This document shows positions 24,756 to 36,901 of a DNA stretch of 64,000 bases, in pieces (position 1 is the stretch's first letter; each line of letters opens with the position of its first letter). Where the stretch lies: contig NC_086108.1 in the NCBI RefSeq assembly GCF_963921235.1, forward strand, positions 53,570,001 through 53,634,000, written 5' to 3'. The position numbers were made by a program, and so were the translations under genes. The stretch comes from Mobula hypostoma. Its lineage: Eukaryota. The notes under the pieces are model-generated. The model did no database searches and was not told the DNA's origin. It saw only the letters and a program-made list of their open reading frames with translations.

Positions 24756-26549
24756 GTATAAATGCAGTTCCTTTTTAGTTTATATTGCATTGAAAGCATC
24801 TGTTCTTCAAAGCAGCTTTCAAAATTTGAGCATGAATGTTTATCAGGTGAATGTCAATGTGTCAATTTGATATTGAACTCTATTTTCAATTTGCCAGAAT
24901 TCAGACATTTGTACTGCCGTTGAACATTGTTGCTATCAACTAGTCACATACATTTAAAATTGAGATTGAAAGTTTCAGAATTAATCAGATCAGTGTTCTG
25001 GTTATTATATGGTTGCAGCTGGTGGACATGGTAGAGAGAGATAGATAAATCAAATTTTATCCAAACCGTGTTGGGGAAGAAACCAAATCAGGTGGCAGGA
25101 AATCAAACTGAATGATAGTTGGATTCAGATCCAACACACCAGAACTAACTTCTCCAGTTGCTTTGCACCAGTTTTGAACAATGAAGTTTTAAGTTTCATT
25201 CAAGCTTTCTCAGAATGATTTGCAGAGGGCAGTTATTAAATGTGGGTAGCCAAAGAGGGATATGCATTTCAGAGAATATCTCATTCTTCCTGACATTGTA
25301 CTGGATTTGTTAGGTAACAAAATGTGGAGTAAAATTGATACTCTGCTGATATTACTTTGTACTTTTGCAATCGTGCATACTTCAGATTGAAATGCTATGA
25401 CGTAGACTATTGTCCCATTTATCTGTGAGTGCAATAGCTTGCCACCGTCTGCAAAGTATAAAGCTATATTGGGTTAGTTAAGGGCTGCTGGTACAATATC
25501 CTTTTATTGTGCAGAAATAAGGAAAAACATGTCCTTTATCAGTGTAAAAGTTGGTCAATTTGTGAGAAGTGACAGGGATAACTAATTGTGTTGTATACAA
25601 TGGTAAACTCTCAAACCTTCGAAGTCCCTCAATCATCTTCACATTAATTTCCCGTTGAAGTTGGATACAAAAGAAGGCGTATTTCAGAGTAGCAATGCAG
25701 AATACAGAAGTTAGAGGGTCTAACAGTTTATGATTGGCGTTCTCAATCTTGATTTACAAAATAGAATGTTAAACAACATGGTACATTATGGTCACTAATA
25801 ACCACAATCATCATGTAGAAGAGATACAACCAAATTATATAGTTTTTTAAATTTAAAGGTAGAAACTAGAAAGCCACTACTCTGAAATATGCCCTCTTTT
25901 GGTTGCTTTGCCATTTGCCCAAGCTACACTGGACACTTGAACCTCTGTCTGAAAAAAATAAAAATTCTAAGTTCCTAATGAGGGAAACATTCCTTAATTT
26001 AAACAATAAACTACAATTATTTGAACTACCCTGTAGTGACGTAAGTGCATCTGGTGATGACAATGGCTTAAGTTGAGAAAACAAGCGCCATTCCATTGAG
26101 TGCCAGAATAGACTCAAAAGTCCCTGTCATGGCTCCATGTTCCTCAAAAAGCAAAATACTGAGGATGCTGGAATTCTGAAATAAAAACCAGTAATACTCA
26201 ACAAATGAGGCAAGAGTAATGGAAATGGAAAAAGGACTAACCTTTCAGGCCAATGACCTTTCAATAATGTTCCTATGTTCCTTACTTTAATTTTGTCATT
26301 GTTTTATGGTGTTAGGAAGGTAATGATAACTCCCTGCTCACATTTTTCATGGAGAGCTCTGTGTAATGGAGCAAAAGTTATCAGAAGATTATTATGTATG
26401 ACATAAATAATGGTGTGAATTAATTGGCATAATCTTCCGGAATTCTTTTAACCATGATGTTGGTATACCATTAAATGTTCATAAATTGTTAGGCACTACG
26501 GCTATATTTCTTATAAAGCGAATTGGACCCCTTAATCTCCATAATAAGG

Positions 26550-27232
26550 AGGGGGAGAGAAGATGCAGCGCGACGCAGTGCGTGCGGCGGATCCGAATAG
26601 ATATCGTATTTGTGAAGTAGGAGGCTGTGCACAATCCTGATTTAATAGAGGCAGCCGTGCGCAGCACAGAGGAACATCTGGAGAAACTTCTGAAATGTCT
26701 GCTTCACTGCCGCTGCTACTGTGCGATCAAGAATCTCTGGAGGGGAAGGCCCCAGATCCTCGGCTTTGCCTATTGACTGTTGCCGGGGCCAGGGTTGAAG
26801 CGCTTGGCAGAGATGGTGCTCCGAGCTCGGTGTCGGAGAGCTGGTCGGAGGCTCGAAGTTTTCAGACGGACTCGGATTCAGACTGTGGTCGGGTGCTTCC
26901 AGGATGCTGCATCGGCAAGTTTGCGGTGCTGGAAGCTCATGGCAGGAAGAGTTTTCTTCCTTCAACCGTCTACTTGAGATGATGGGACTTTCAACAGACT
27001 TTGAGATTTTTTTTACCGTGCCCATGGTTTGTTCTATCAAATTATGGTATTGCTTGCACTGTTGTCACTATATGTTATAATTATGTGGTTTTTGTCAGTT
27101 TTTTTAGTCTTGGTTTGTCTTGTGTTTCTGTGATATCATTCTGGAGGAACAAATTGTATCATTTCTTAATGGATGCATTACCAAATGACAATAAAAGAGG
27201 ACTGTGTGTCCTCTTAATCTAATCTAATCTAA
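26550..27232 (+). mobile_element. About 680-bp CpG-rich non-coding retroposon with (AATCT)n tail, probably a Rex1/Babar-type non-autonomous element
   Basis: GC/CpG-rich 5' end GAGAAGATGCAGCGCGACGCAG, AATAAA, 3' hairpin GAGGAC-TGTGT-GTCCTC, tail TAATCTAATCTAATCTAA; no credible ORF. Confidence 0.6.
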
Positions 27233-28244
27233 CCTTTCAACTCATGTTTGATTACTTTTGTTGTATTTAAACTGGAATTGAATTCATATTGAAATACTAC
27301 AATTTCCATCAGACAAATCTCAAAAATTCCAGTTTTCTGACTGATTATTACTATTCTCAGACCTTCTGGAAAATAAAACGATTTTCTCCAGTGCCTGCAC
27401 TTCGTTAATATTTAGCTCAGTTCTGTATATTTTAAGTTTCTCTTATGTAACAAAAGTAGCACTTTGGATATGTCAACATTTGAGAATATGAATGATCTGT
27501 TTTCTGTTCTGTCTGTCCCATTCCTTCATTTCAGTTGATTATGATCTGCCAATATTTTGAAGACTAATGGTCAGTTCTTGCTGGTTATTAAGGCTGAGAT
27601 AAATATTTAGATTGGAGTATTTTTTAATTTAACTGACTCGTCATGGCTTATGTCCAGTTTTGTTTGATAATGTTCCTGTGAAGGTCCTTGAGGATGTTTT
27701 ATTAGTGTAGAGGTGCTCTATAAACATAAATTGTCCTTCTTCTTTGCAGATTTTATAATTTGAAGTATGGATGATGCTTGATAATTCCCAAAACTGCAAG
27801 CAGAAAAATTGTTCATGCACGAAGTAGCTTGCCAAATTAAGGACAGGCTGAGGTACCTAAAGGTAAGTCCAAAGGATCACAGAAGGGCATTGCAAATAAG
27901 AAGTTCTCTGATTAGTTTTACTCAAGGCACAGCTTGATGACTTTCAACCTTTATCTCTGTATTGCAAAGGACCTCAAAGGCCTGGATACCATCTGGTTTG
28001 AATCTACTTAAAGTGATTGATTAGAACCTATGACATCTGGATTCTAGACACAATATCCATTGGATAGTCACATCTAATTGAATACAGGTCTACAAAATAT
28101 TCAGGGAATAATCACTCTGGTCCCACAATAAGGCTCTTGGCAGCCAGAATATGAATGAACAAAACTGATATCTGCCTCTTAATTCATCTCAAACAAAAAA
28201 TTGATGATATTTCAAAAAATCTAGACAGACAATAAAAGCCGTAT

Positions 28245-28580
28245 TGAGGGAGTGTAGAACTATCAGAGGTGCTGTCCTCAGGTGAAACATTAAAATAAGG
28301 CCTCATCTATGCTCTCAGTAGGGTATAAAAGATACAATCAAACTATGAGTTGAAGAGAATCTTTTTTTGTTATTGCTAATATTTATCAATCAACTAACAC
28401 AATTAAAGTATCTGGTGATTGGTCATAAAGCTGTTTGTGGGACCCTGCTGTGCTCAGATTTGTACCATATTTTATACATTACAACCGTGTTTAGACTTAA
28501 CTGAAGTCTTTGTCTTGTATAAAGTGCTTCAGGATGGCCTGAGGTTGTGAGTTGTTCTACACAAATGCAAATTCTTTCTT
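28245..28580 (+). mobile_element. Deu-domain SINE (AmnSINE1/SacSINE-like), old
   Basis: GAGGGAGTG...CAGAGGTGCTGTC...GCTGTTTGTGGGACCCTGCTGTGC...CCTGAGGTTGTGA...AAATGCAAATTCTTTC resembles the Deu core plus L2-type tail; recognised by eye. Confidence 0.7.
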
Positions 28581-28868
28581 TCTTCTTCATGTATTTTTTG
28601 TTTCAAAGCTGTGAGGTGCCATACAGCAGGAATGCTTCACAGATTCTCCAGTCAATGTATTAAAAAAGAATTAGTTTTATGCCATTGATTAAAAAGAAAC
28701 TTTTTAAATGGACATTATGAAAACAGTTGTATTCACTGAGAATGTTGTCACTGAGAACATTTTTTTTATTGCTCCATTTATAGATTACTGAGTCTGAGTT
28801 TATTGGTTCTGTGATGGAAGCACAATTTGGAAGTTTAGTCAGTTGTAAATGACATGGTGGAAAGTGAT

Positions 28869-30140
28869 TGTTGTGTATGTGGCCATTTACACAACAATAT
28901 CATTAATAAAAGCACTAGAGACTGGAGCTAAGTTAACAGGGGCTTTTACTGAACTGAACACATATATACAGATCAATACGTGCCTAATAGCGCATACTCA
29001 ATAACGTGTTACTATGACATAAAATAGTCCCATATTATCCAGTAGGCTATGTGGTACACTCCTCCCCTTTTTTAAAAAAAGTGTAACAACTTTTTTTTTA
29101 GGGGCATTACACTAAACAAATACTATGTGTACCCTTAATATACAAATGCCCACCAACTGTTTAATTAGTAACAATAATATGAAATTATAACAAAGTAATG
29201 TAATAATAATAATTATTATAATACTTATAACTCAAGACTCTAGGCGGGCCTTCTCTGCCTCTCTGGGTAACGTCTGCCCTGCAACGTTTGATTTGGAGAA
29301 TTAGTCTCCACAGGTACATCAGGTGAATCCTCAGCACTGATGACAGGCTTATCTGTGGGCGAGGCTGATGTGGTCACATCAGGAGTGTTTGCTTCTTTGT
29401 CCAGGGAGTCCGGGCAAGGTGTTGTTGTATTTTTCACCTGAGCATTCAGAATTTGATCCACATGACATCTCCATACGTTCTTTCCCACCTGTACTCTATA
29501 CATCAGTGGCCAGTCTATGGCGGAAGTTATACCCGGCTGCCACTTTTCAGTCCGGTTATCCCGTGCAAGAACTGACTGTCCCACATTGAAGTTCCGTGTT
29601 GACTTAACATTCAAGTGTTTGAACAGTCTGTTCTCTACATCACGCCGTACATTTGGTTTGAGAAGATCCATGCGGGACCTTGGGTTCCTGTTCAGAAACA
29701 TCATCGCTGGAGTCTGGTTAGTGGCAGCATGTACTGCATTATGATCAGTAAAGAGGAAGCTGTCTGTCTTGTGTAGTAGTGGTCGATTTTCGCTGTCCCT
29801 TGCCTTGAGGGCTTTCTTGAATGTCTGTACAAATATTTCTGCCAAGCCATTTGTGGATGGATGGTAAGGAGCTGATGTAAAGTGCTTGATTCTGTTGTTC
29901 TTCACAAAACTTTGGAATTCTTCAGAGACAAGTTGTCGTCCATTGTCTGTGCAGATTTGCTCTGGTATGCCATTCCTGGCAAACATGGTCCTCAGCACTG
30001 TAATGGTCTTTTCCGATGTGGTTGTCTTCGTTCTTGATGACCCCTGGCCATTTGGAATGTGCATCAATGGCAATTAAAAAGATAGAGTCCATACTCCAAA
30101 CATCCCTTCGCTCATTGCGGCCAAAAAGTTCTATTTTAAC
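28869..30140 (-). mobile_element. Gypsy LTR retrotransposon 3' part: integrase, PPT and 3' LTR (28869-29058)
   Basis: IDAHSKWP, TDNG and APYHPSTNGLAE integrase core (ORFs 29922-30194 and 29240-30073); purine tract ending GGGGAGGAG directly before TG; LTR ends CAACA. Confidence 0.9.
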
Positions 30141-32396
30141 TTCATCAATCCCTCGGTTGATGAAGGCTAATACACCGTATGCCTTCTTAACCACACAGTC
30201 AACCTGCGCAGTAGCTTTGAGTGTCCTATGGACTCACATCCCAAGATCCCTCTGATCCTCCACACTGCAAGAGTCTTACCATCAGTACTATATTCTGCCA
30301 TCATATTTGACCTACCAAAATAAACTACCTCACACTTATCTGGGTTGATCTCCATCTGCCACTTCTCAGCCCAGTTTTGCATCCTATCAATGTCCCACTG
30401 TAAACTCTGACAGCCCTCCATACTATCCACCAACCTTTGTGTCATCAGTAAATTTACTAACCCATCCCTCCACTCTTTATCCAGGTCATTTATAAAAATC
30501 ACAAAGAGAAGGGGTCCCAGAACAGATCCCTGAGGCACACCACTGGTTGCCAACCTCCATGCAGAATATGACCTGTTTACAACCACTCTTTGTGGGCCGA
30601 AGGGCCTGTATTGTGCTGTAGGTTTTCTATGTTTCTATGTTTCAGTGGGCAAGCCAGTTCTGGATCCACAAAGCAATGTCCCCTTGGATCCCACACCTCC
30701 TTACTTTCTCAATAAGCCTTGCATGGGGTACCTTATCAAATGCCTTGCTGAAATCCATGTACACTACATCTACTGCTCTACCTTCGTAAATGTGGTTAGT
30801 CACATCCTCAAAAAATTTAATCAGGCTCGTAAGGCACAACCTGCCTTTCACAAAGCCATGCCTCTCCAAATGTTCATAAATCCTGCCTCTCAGGATATTC
30901 TCCATCAACTTACCAACCACTGAAGTAAGACTTACTGGTCTATAATTTCCTGGGCTACCTCTACTCCCTTTCCTGAATAAGGAAACAACATCTGCAACCC
31001 TCCAATCCTCCGGAACCTCTCCCGTCTCCATTGATGATGCAAAGATCTTTGCCAGAGGCTCAGCAATCTCCTCCCTTGTCTCCCACAGTAGCCTGGGGTA
31101 TATCTCCTCTGGTCCCGGAGACTTATCCAACTTGATGCTTTCCAAAAGCTCCAGCACATCCTCTTTCTTAATGTTTATATGCTCAAGCTTTTCAGTCCAC
31201 TGTAAGTCATCCCTACAATCACCAAGGTCCTTTTCCGTAGTGAATACTGAAGCAAAGTATTCATTAAGTACCTCCGCTACCTCTTCCGGTTCCATACACA
31301 CTTTTCCACTATCTCACTTGATTGGTCCTATTTTCTCATGTCTTATCCTCTTGCATTTCACATACTTGTAGAATTCCTTGGGGTTTTCCTTAATCCTGCT
31401 TGCCACAGCCTTCTCATAGCCCCTTCTGGCTCTCCTAATTTCATTCTTAAGCTCCTTCCTGCTAGCCTTATAATTTTCTAGATCTCTATCATTACCTAGT
31501 TTTTTGAACCTTTCATAAGATTTTCTTCTCTTCTTGACTAGATTTTCAACAGCCTTTGTACACCACAGTTCCTGTACCCTACCATCCTTTCCCTGTCTCA
31601 TTGGAATGTACCTATGCAGAACGCCACACAAATATCCCCTGAACATTTGCTGCATTTCTGCTGTACATTTCCCTGAGAACATCTGTTCCAAATTTATGCT
31701 TCCAAGTTCCTGCTGATAGCTTCATATTTCCCCTTACTCCAATTAAATGCTTTCCTAACTTGTCTGTTCCTATCCCTCTCCAATGCTATGGTAAAGGAGA
31801 TAGAAATGTGATCACTATCTCCAAAATGCTCTCCCACTGAGAGACCTGACACCTAACCAGGTTTATTTCCCTATACCAGATCAAGTACAGCCCTCCTTTT
31901 GTAGGCTTATCTACATATTGTGTCAGGAAACCTTCCTGAACACACCTAACAAACTCCACCCCATCTAAACCTATTGCTCTAGGGAGATACCAATCGATAT
32001 TGAGGAAATTAAAATCTCCCACCACGACAACCCTGTTACTATTGCACCTTTCCAGAATCTGTCACCCTATCTGCTCCTTGAAGTCCTTGTTACTATTGAG
32101 TGGTTTATAAAAAACACCCAGTAGAGTTATTGACCCCTTCCTATTTCTAACTTCCATCCACGGAGACTCAGTAGACAATCCCTCCATGACTTCCTCCTTT
32201 TCTGCAGCCGTGACACTATCTCTGATCAGCAGTACCATGCCCCCACCTCTTTTGCCTCACTCTCTGTCCTTCCTGAAACATTTGAAGCCTGGCACTTTAA
32301 GTAGCCATTCCTGCCCCTAAGCCGTCCAAGTCTCTGTGATGGTCACAGCATCATAGCTCCAAGTACTGATCCACGGTCTAAGCTCATCTGCTTTGT
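30141..32396 (-). mobile_element. Decayed CR1 ORF2 (endonuclease to RT) lacking its 3' end
   Basis: VGDFNF (31786-32025), NYRPVSLTS and DFSKAFDKVPH (30642-31301), SGVPQGSVLGP (30167-30586); several frameshifts. Confidence 0.93.
30590..30643 (+). mobile_element. About 54-bp CR1 3'-terminal stub inserted antisense into the CR1 RT
   Basis: TTGTGGGCCGAAGGGCCTGTATTGTGCTGTAGGTTTTCTATGTTTCTATGTTTC is the CR1 terminal stem-loop plus tail; matches the reverse of 43863-43917. Confidence 0.88.
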
Positions 32397-33020
32397 TAAA
32401 CACATCAATTTAGAAAAGTTGCAAAAGCCAACCAATTTGTTCAAAAAAGCTAGCACAGATCGTAAAAGAAAGCCATAGCTCTGAACCAGTATTAAATCAA
32501 GGTGGCGAACCACAATGTTTACAACGGAACTGTGAGCACAAATTTCTGAGCTTGAGTTGTGAAATTGTGCTCAGTGCACAATGCACAGAGGGAGCATTAG
32601 CTGCCAGAAGAGGGAGAAGGATAGGAAATGGGCTCAAACAGGCAATCAAAATATTCGGGGAGCAAATTTCCCACTAGAAGCTCAGCAACGATCACTGAGT
32701 GAGAAGACCACAATGTGGAACTTTCCACCAAAATCTCTCACTGGTCAGAACCACAACAACAACCTCAACAAAAGGGAAGTTAAGTACCCCACTCCTCTTG
32801 CTATGTTAATGTTACAATAAACGCCAAAGGAAAAATTTTGGCCCACGTAGGTGCTATTGTGATTCTGTAATTTTGTATAGCCATCCCTTGGTGTACAAAA
32901 GGAATGTGCTCTTGGAAAAAATTTTATGGAGTGAAATTTTGTAATTGAAAACACTGAGTAATTTAAAATAAATGTATTTTCCTATTGTGTTCTCCTATGC
33001 ACAAACAGATTACTCTCTGC

Positions 33021-33491
33021 ACAGGTCATCCCTGGGTTACGAATGGATTCCATTTTCATCAAAATTCATATGGTGATTGTGTCCATGAATCTGAAAATAC
33101 ATAAACTGAATGGTATTGTTGAGGATCAATTAACACAAGAATTTATTCATCATCCTCCACTGCCCAATTACAATGGTGCAGAATGAGGGTGTCCCATTTT
33201 CAATGACTAGTTTTGACAGGTTTGATGTTATACAGTATTATAGAATTTAGTTGCATAATTATCAATACGGGTGATTATTCGTATGCTTCCAAAGCAATTT
33301 TTTTAAGTGGCATCCCACGGTGAAACTGGCAGCCTGTGTGCTTAAGAGATAACGGTATTAGAGAGGTTACATATAAACAGTTTCTTTTCCCCAGGAAACG
33401 GTTCTAGTTTGAATTTAGTAACATTTATTGGATCTCACTCGTATGTATAGTTGTCCATCAGATGGGCGTTCATAACCTGGGGAAGCCCTAA
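33021..33491. mobile_element. Possible old Tigger-like MITE
   Basis: Imperfect terminal inverted repeats ACAGGTCATCCCTGGGTTACGAATG and CGTTCATAACCTGGGGAAGCCCTAA. Confidence 0.4.
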
Positions 33492-35174
33492 TGCAAAAAG
33501 TAATTTTGTGAATCAAAGACATACACCTCAAAGTGCAAATTACATTACACTAGAAAACCATAAATCAAAGGGGTGTAAATTAAGAACTAATAGTTTCTCT
33601 GTGAATTATTTTAAAAAATATCATTTTTGTGACATCTTTTATATCATAAGATAACCTGAAGTTCTTCATAATAATGAACTACTTTTGATGCACAGGAAAT
33701 GTTGTTAATTTGTGCATGGCATAATTCCAAACCAGTCATGAAATTATCCCTCTGTATAGAGTTGATTGTCAGTCAGGGCACGTGGTATAATTTGTGCTCT
33801 TCAAAGAAAAAACAGCAGGGGTTTTTGTAATGGGCTGGAGTGATCAGACTCTACAGTTCAAGTATCCAGGAGATGTGGTAGTAAGCATACCAGCACTACA
33901 AAATAACTTAAGCTTAATTTATTATCGTAAAATAGAAAGCACAAATAAACCACACAAAGTACTACAGAGCAAGTCGTATGGGTTAGTGTGTCAGAGAGTA
34001 ACCATCACAAAATGGGAAGGTCAGGGCAGAGAGCGATGAGGGAATTCCCCCATCTGAGTTCCAATCTTCACTAAAGCCCAGTAGCAGGCAAGAAGTTGTT
34101 TCTCAAACACTGTATGTCTGGTAGCAGCATCAGGAAGCTTTTAGGGACAGAAAGCCAGAGGCAAATTCTTTCTTCCATACCTCTGCCACAGGTTCCAGAT
34201 AGCCACATCATCTTTAACAAAAACTTGCATTAAAAGGGGAATATGAGTTGCCTTGATAACAACATCATCGGTTCTGGAGCCCCGAGGTGATGGGCTGAGT
34301 ATTCACACAATTCCGGATATAGCTGAGCAACGTCCTTCTTTTTGGGATTAACATTACATACTGGTGCAGGGGCCAGATGGGCAACCAACCCCTTTGTCTG
34401 GCTGTAGAGTGCGGCCCACCTGGTCAGAATGCTCACACTATAACGCATAAAGAATGCCAACAGGCACACTGGCAATCTTTTCCTTCAGCAGGGATAGAAA
34501 CATTTCTTTTCTACCAAGATGGGAAGAAGGGCTCTTTGATACTGACTGTTAGGGCACAGCCGTCGGCTGCTTTGGGGGCATTCCTAGTTTCCATTCATCA
34601 GGTGCCCAGATTGCCTCTGCTGCTGATGGGATTTACTAGCAGCCTTAACCTGCAGTTGTCCCTGATCTACGTACATCTGACCCTTCAAGTTAGGCCAATA
34701 GATTGCTCACCTCTGCAACTGTGCAAGCCTCAGCGCCCCCTAATAGACCCAACAAGATGCCTCACCTCCGCGAGGACGTGCACCTACCAAGGGAAAAGGG
34801 GACAGCGTCAGAGCCATTGAAGGCTATAAATAGCAGATTGTGTTGCCATATCACGGAGACATGAAATAGCCTCCAGGTGAGAGATTTCCAGAGATAAGGC
34901 GATGCATCCCAATCCAATGGGACAGGGTGGCGAGCACAGGCAGCTTGTATGATCACATGCCACAGGGAACTTCCGCTCCACCAGCCTGACCAGTCTGCAG
35001 TTCAACCAGGGCCAATGGATCCTTCGTTAATGGCCCTAACTGAATCAATTCTTGCATATTAAAAAAAAAGTTGGAAGGTTCATAGATCCCATGGGCAGGT
35101 GAGCCAGCTGGACAAGGATTCCCCTGGCCACTGAGCTAAACCCTGTAATTTGGTGGTAGTGTAATTACGGATTG

Positions 35175-35817
35175 TGCTCTCAGTCGTGGTGTGTGTCAAA
35201 TGGTCGTTGTGACACATCTAGTGTGGTAGTGTAGTGGGTAGTGCTTGTCACACTCACTTTCAGCTTCCATTGCAGGCTGGCTGTCTTGCGAAAAGGAGAA
35301 CTAAAAGCATAAGTCTCTCCCTGCCAGTACATATCCTCTCCAACAGCAAGCCTCATGTTGTGCCTCTTCGCCAGCAGCACACGGAAACTGAACTCCTTTC
35401 GGACTCAGGCTGAAATACTGAGGAGGGTGAGGAGTTCTGGCCCCTACATACATAGCGCACAAACCCACTGGTGTGTGGACATACCCTGGTGCTCATGAAC
35501 CAGATCCCTGGCTATGGGTAACTGCCTTGTGGGGAGCCTTGGGAGAGACACAGGTCATGGCAGTAAACCCAGAAAGCAAATCTGGAGTGGAGCCCCAAAG
35601 GCGGCTGGACATCATTGATTATCCTTCTGGCAACTCCTGCAGCCAAGCTGCTGCCAAACGTATATCTTGTCTTTCCTTTGGACTACACCGGTCAGGCTGG
35701 GAGGGAAATCTTGATGACTGGACATCCCAGGATCTCCATACCTTCCACCGAGGCTTGTGCTCTGGAGAGTTCACTCCTGTGCTGCTATCTATTATCCTTT
35801 GAGACAGACGGATGATC
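35175..35817 (+). mobile_element. Non-coding RTE-like non-autonomous element inserted in ERV A
   Basis: Interrupts gag-like remnants; contains AAATCTGGAGTGGAGCCCC...CAACTCCTGCAGCCAAGCTG, recalled as an RTE 5'-region motif; ends GGATGAT. Family assignment is tentative. Confidence 0.45.
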
Positions 35818-36204
35818 TCAGTGGTGAAAGGGACGGCTGCTGGAGCTTGATTTTGTCCATCAGCTCCATCACCCTGGCACTGCTCGTTAACTTTTACATG
35901 CCATAATGAGCACGGCTTGATTACATTGCTTTTGTCCGACCCGACTTATCATCATACTGGATAGCCCCGTCAGCTGTGACAATCTGATTAGGCTCAGAAC
36001 ATTTAACGTGTGCCTGCCCCACCCGTGACATGTACTTAAAATAGTATTCCTAGAACTCAAAAAGGCCAACGCACAATTCAGTCATTTGATTTCCTCCGAG
36101 GGCTCAGCTGTTTCAATACTCAGCTGCCACAACGCTGTCATAAAAATCCACTCTACTTGAAGAAGAGAATCCCTCTTAGAAGGAAAAGCAATATGCTTAA
36201 GACA

Positions 36205-36901
36205 AAGCACACGAAATGCTGGTGGAACACAGCAAGCCAGGCAGCATCTATAGGAAGAGGTACGGTCGAAGTTTTGGGCCGAGACCCTTCGTCAGGACTA
36301 ACTGAAAGAAGATGTAGTAAGAGATTTGAAAGTGGGAGGGGGAGGGGGAGATCCGAAATGATAGGAGAAGACAGGAGGGGGAGGGATGGAGCCAAGAGCT
36401 GGAAAGTTGACTGGCAAAAGGGATACAGAGCTGGAGAAGGGAGAGGTTCATGTGACGGGAGGCCTGGGGAGAAAGAAAGGGGGAGGGGAGCCCAGAGGAA
36501 GATGAGGAGCAGGCAAGGAGAGATTGTGAGAGGAACAGAGAGAGAAAAAAGGGGGGGGGGAGAGGAAGGAATAATAAATAAATAAATAAATAAATAAATA
36601 AGGGATGGGGTAAGAAGGGGAGGAGGGGCATTCATGGAAGTTAGAGAAGTCAATGTTCATGCCATCAGGTTGGAGGCTTCCCAGACGGAATATAAGGTGT
36701 TGTTCCTCCAACCTGAGTGTGGCTTCATCTTGACAGTAGAGGAGGCCATGAATAGACATATCAGAATGGGAATGGGACATGGAATTAAAATGTGTGGCCA
36801 CTGGGAGATCCTGCTTTCTCTGGCAGACAGAGCGTAGGCGTTCCACCAGCATTTTTTGTGTGTTGCTTGAATTTCCAGCATCTGCAGATTTCCTCATGTT
36901 T
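36205..36901 (-). mobile_element. 5'-truncated Penelope-like element (GIY-YIG C-terminus plus pLTR) with short inverted pLTR at 36838-36901; hammerhead motif at 36263-36300
   Basis: Perfect 17-bp TSD GCAATATGCTTAAGACA at 36188-36204 and 36902-36918; peptide DLPVATHFNS...LEEQHLIFRLGSLQPDGMNIDF; internal (AAAT)n. Confidence 0.93.

Noticed and set aside
32533..32573. Hairpin TGAGCACAAATTTC...GAAATTGTGCTCA as a structured RNA
   Set aside because: Short imperfect single-copy inverted repeat with no supporting context.
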